64,000 bases of DNA from Malacoraja senta. Lineage: Eukaryota. A model generated the notes under the pieces. That model made no database searches and was not told the origin of the DNA. It saw only the letters and a list, made by a program, of their open reading frames with translations. Positions 61,551 to 64,000 of the stretch are shown here, piece by piece (the first letter of the stretch is position 1; every line of letters begins with the position of its first letter). The stretch is from assembly GCA_038087875.1 (NCBI GenBank), contig CM075999.1:1614001-1678000 (forward strand), written 5' to 3'. The translations under genes were made by a program, and so were the position numbers.

Positions 61551-62040
61551 AGATGTCAGCTGATCTACATCGGTGAGACCAAGCGTAGGCTTGGCGATCG
61601 TTTCGCCGAACACCTCCGCTCGGTCCGCATTAACCAACCTGATCTCCCGGCGGCTCAGCACTTCAACTCCCCCTCCCATTCCGAATCCGACCTTTCTGTC
61701 CTGGGCCTCCTCCATTGCCAGAGTGAGCACCACCGGAAACTGGAGGAGCAGCACCTCATATTCCGCTTGGGCAGTCTGCATCCCGGTGGCCTGAACATTG
61801 ACTTCTCCAATTTCCGGTAGCCCTTGCTGTCTCCTCCCCTTCTCAGCTCTCCATCAGCCCTCTGGTTCCTCCTCTTCCTTTCTTCTTCCCGCCTCCCCCA
61901 CCCTGCAACAGTCTGAAGAAGGGTTTCGGCCCAAAACGTTGCCTATTTCCTTCGCTCCATAGATGCTGCCGCACCCGCTGAGTTTCTCCAGCAATATTGT
62001 CTACCTTCGATTTTCCAGCATCTGCAGTTCCTTCTTGAAC
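61551..62040 (+). mobile_element. 5'-truncated Penelope-like element: GIY-YIG endonuclease C-terminal half (61551-61820), 3'UTR and pLTR
   Basis: RCQLIYIGETKRRLGDRFAEHLRSVR...AQHFN...LEEQHLIFRLGSLHPGGLNIDFSNFR*; 15-bp TSD ATTCCACCTCTTCAT at 61536-61550 and 62041-62055. Confidence 0.92.
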
Positions 62041-62107
62041 ATTCCACCTCTTCATTCCCTTTAATCTCACTACCCCGTTAACCCCTGACAAAACAAACAG
62101 GCAAAGT

Positions 62108-62460
62108 ATGGCTTGGATAGAGTGGATGTGGAGAGGATGTTTCCACTAGTGGGAGAGTCTAGGACTCGAGGACATAGCGTCAGAATTAAAGGACATTCTT
62201 TTAGGAAGGAGATGAGGAGAATTTTCTTTCGTCAGAGGGTGGTGAATCTGCCACAGAAGGCTATGGAGGCCGTCAGTGGATATTTTTAAGGCAGAGATAG
62301 ATCGATTCTTGATTAGTACAGGAGTCAGAGGTTATGGGGACAAAGCAGGAGAACGGGGTTAGGAGGGAGAGATAGATCAGCCATGATTGAATGGCAGAGT
62401 AGACTTGATGGGCCGAATGGCCTAATTCTACTCCTATCACTTATGACCATATGACCTTGA
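62108..62460 (+). mobile_element. CR1-type LINE 3' fragment
   Basis: Same subfamily as 54553-55030. Confidence 0.82.
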
Positions 62461-62784
62461 AATAACACATGAAAGTGTGTGGTGTTGGTCACTGAATCAT
62501 TAACCTTAAAGCATTTGTGGGAATTGCCTAATGCCATTGCAATTCAACTCCAGTGAGGCCCTTGAGTATGTAATCCCCCCCACATTGTAAACGGTCTTTT
62601 AAACTCTAGTTACTTTGCAGACATTCACATGTTCCTTGGTTGCTTGCTCTCAGGTCAGTCAGAGGGAGAGGTTTGCAGGGAGTTCATGGGCACAAGATAA
62701 TAGGTTGCAGGAAATTTTATGGAAATTGAGAATGTTGGAAATGGTCTGAGAACCAGTGAAGGCTCAAAGGGCAAAATGGTTTAC

Positions 62785-63087
62785 TTTAGTTTAGAGATAC
62801 AACGCGGAGAGAGGCCCTTCGGCCCACCGAGTCTGCACCGACCAGTGACCCCCGCACATTAACACTACCTTACACAGACTGGGGACAATTTACGTTTATA
62901 CCAAGCCAATTAACCTACAAACCTGCACGACTTTGGAGATCAGGAGGAAACTGAAGATCTCGGAGAAAACCCACGCAGGTCATGGGGAGAACGTACAAAC
63001 TCTGTACAGACAAGCACCCGTGGTCAGGATCGAACTCGGGTCTCTGGCGCTGTAAGGCAGAAGCTCTACCGTTGTGCCATCGTGCCA
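62785..63087 (-). mobile_element. V-SINE (HE1-like)
   Basis: Complete reverse copy. Confidence 0.85.
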
Positions 63088-63761
63088 TTTCTCCCCCATC
63101 TTAGGAATGAGAACATGGGAAAATATTAACTTGCGCAATAGCATCTACACAACCAGGCCCTGCACTTTGGCAAGCCTATTTAATTAATCCCACCAGTTTA
63201 CTCTTACATCAGTCCTACAATGTCTTCACTTTCAATTATATATTCAGTTCTCCTCTGAATTATTGAATCTATTCTTGGCATCATTGAAAGCAATGCATTC
63301 CAGCTTATTGCAACTTGTGCGGAACAATTCTCCTCATCATCTTCCCTTGGTCTTTTTTGCCAATTATTTTAAATCTGGTTTCTGATATTTCTGCCAGCGT
63401 TTCCCTTTAAAAAAAAAAAACTACAAGGTAATCGTCACATGTAGGTATCCCAAAGAGTCTCACGGATAGGACTTGTCACATTGCACCAAAGAAAAGATAC
63501 ACTGCTGGATTAAGTCAAGCCAAGCTCATTGGCATTTTCACAAACACAGGGAGGTAGAGGTTGACCCAAAACGTCACCTATCCATGATCTCCAGAGATGC
63601 TGACTGACCTGTTGAGTTACTCCAGCACCTTGTGTCCTACGTACATACATGAAGTATCATTCATTTATGCAGTGAAAGTCTTCCTTGCCATCGCATCCAT
63701 CACAGGCACATCAACACTCAACAACACACAGAAAGGCCTACTCCTGCACCTTTTGTCTATT

Positions 63762-64000
63762 AAGGATGAGAGGTGATCTTATTGAAACATATAAGATTAT
63801 TAAGGGATTGGATAAGCTAGAGGCAGGAAACATGTTACTGATGTTTGGGGAGTCCAGAACCAGGGGTTACAGTTTAAGAATAAGGGGTAGGCCATTAAGA
63901 ATCGAGATGAGGAAAAAACGTTTTCACCCAGAGAGTTGTGAATCTGTGGAACTCTCTGCCTCAGAAGGCAGTGGAGGCCAATTCTCTGGATGCTTTCAAG
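63762..64000 (+). mobile_element. CR1-type LINE 3' fragment running off the window end
   Basis: RMRGDLIETYKIIKGLD...ttttcacccagagagttgtgaatctgtggaactctctgcc. Confidence 0.85.

Overview
Eukaryotic, repeat-saturated non-coding DNA. The repeat set (HE1-type V-SINEs, CR1/HER1-type LINE 3' ends, Penelope-like elements, Rex1/Babar, DeuSINE relics) fits a cartilaginous fish, likely a skate or ray; this is inference. I could not support any host protein-coding exon, and most ORFs in the track are translations of repeats. The centrepiece is a full-length DIRS1-type tyrosine-recombinase retrotransposon (42250-52162, +; gag, RT, RNase H, Dam-like MT, YR, ITRs, ICR). A second, diverged DIRS1 element (45050-49831, -) is inserted in its pol gene. 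Both integrations fall at an ATT trinucleotide, and removing the inner element restores the outer pol frame. The inner element has ruined ORFs but termini identical to its ICR, suggesting it was mobilised in trans. Other points of interest are Penelope-like 3' ends with a minimal hammerhead-ribozyme-like motif, often as fold-back inserts with 14-15 bp TSDs; two Harbinger-type MITE subfamilies inserted at the same site of the SINE tRNA head; a PLE-unique-CR1 chimeric unit present twice 41.6 kb apart; and a G-U-rich hairpin in unique sequence at about 59.4 kb. Boundaries of decayed repeats are approximate.
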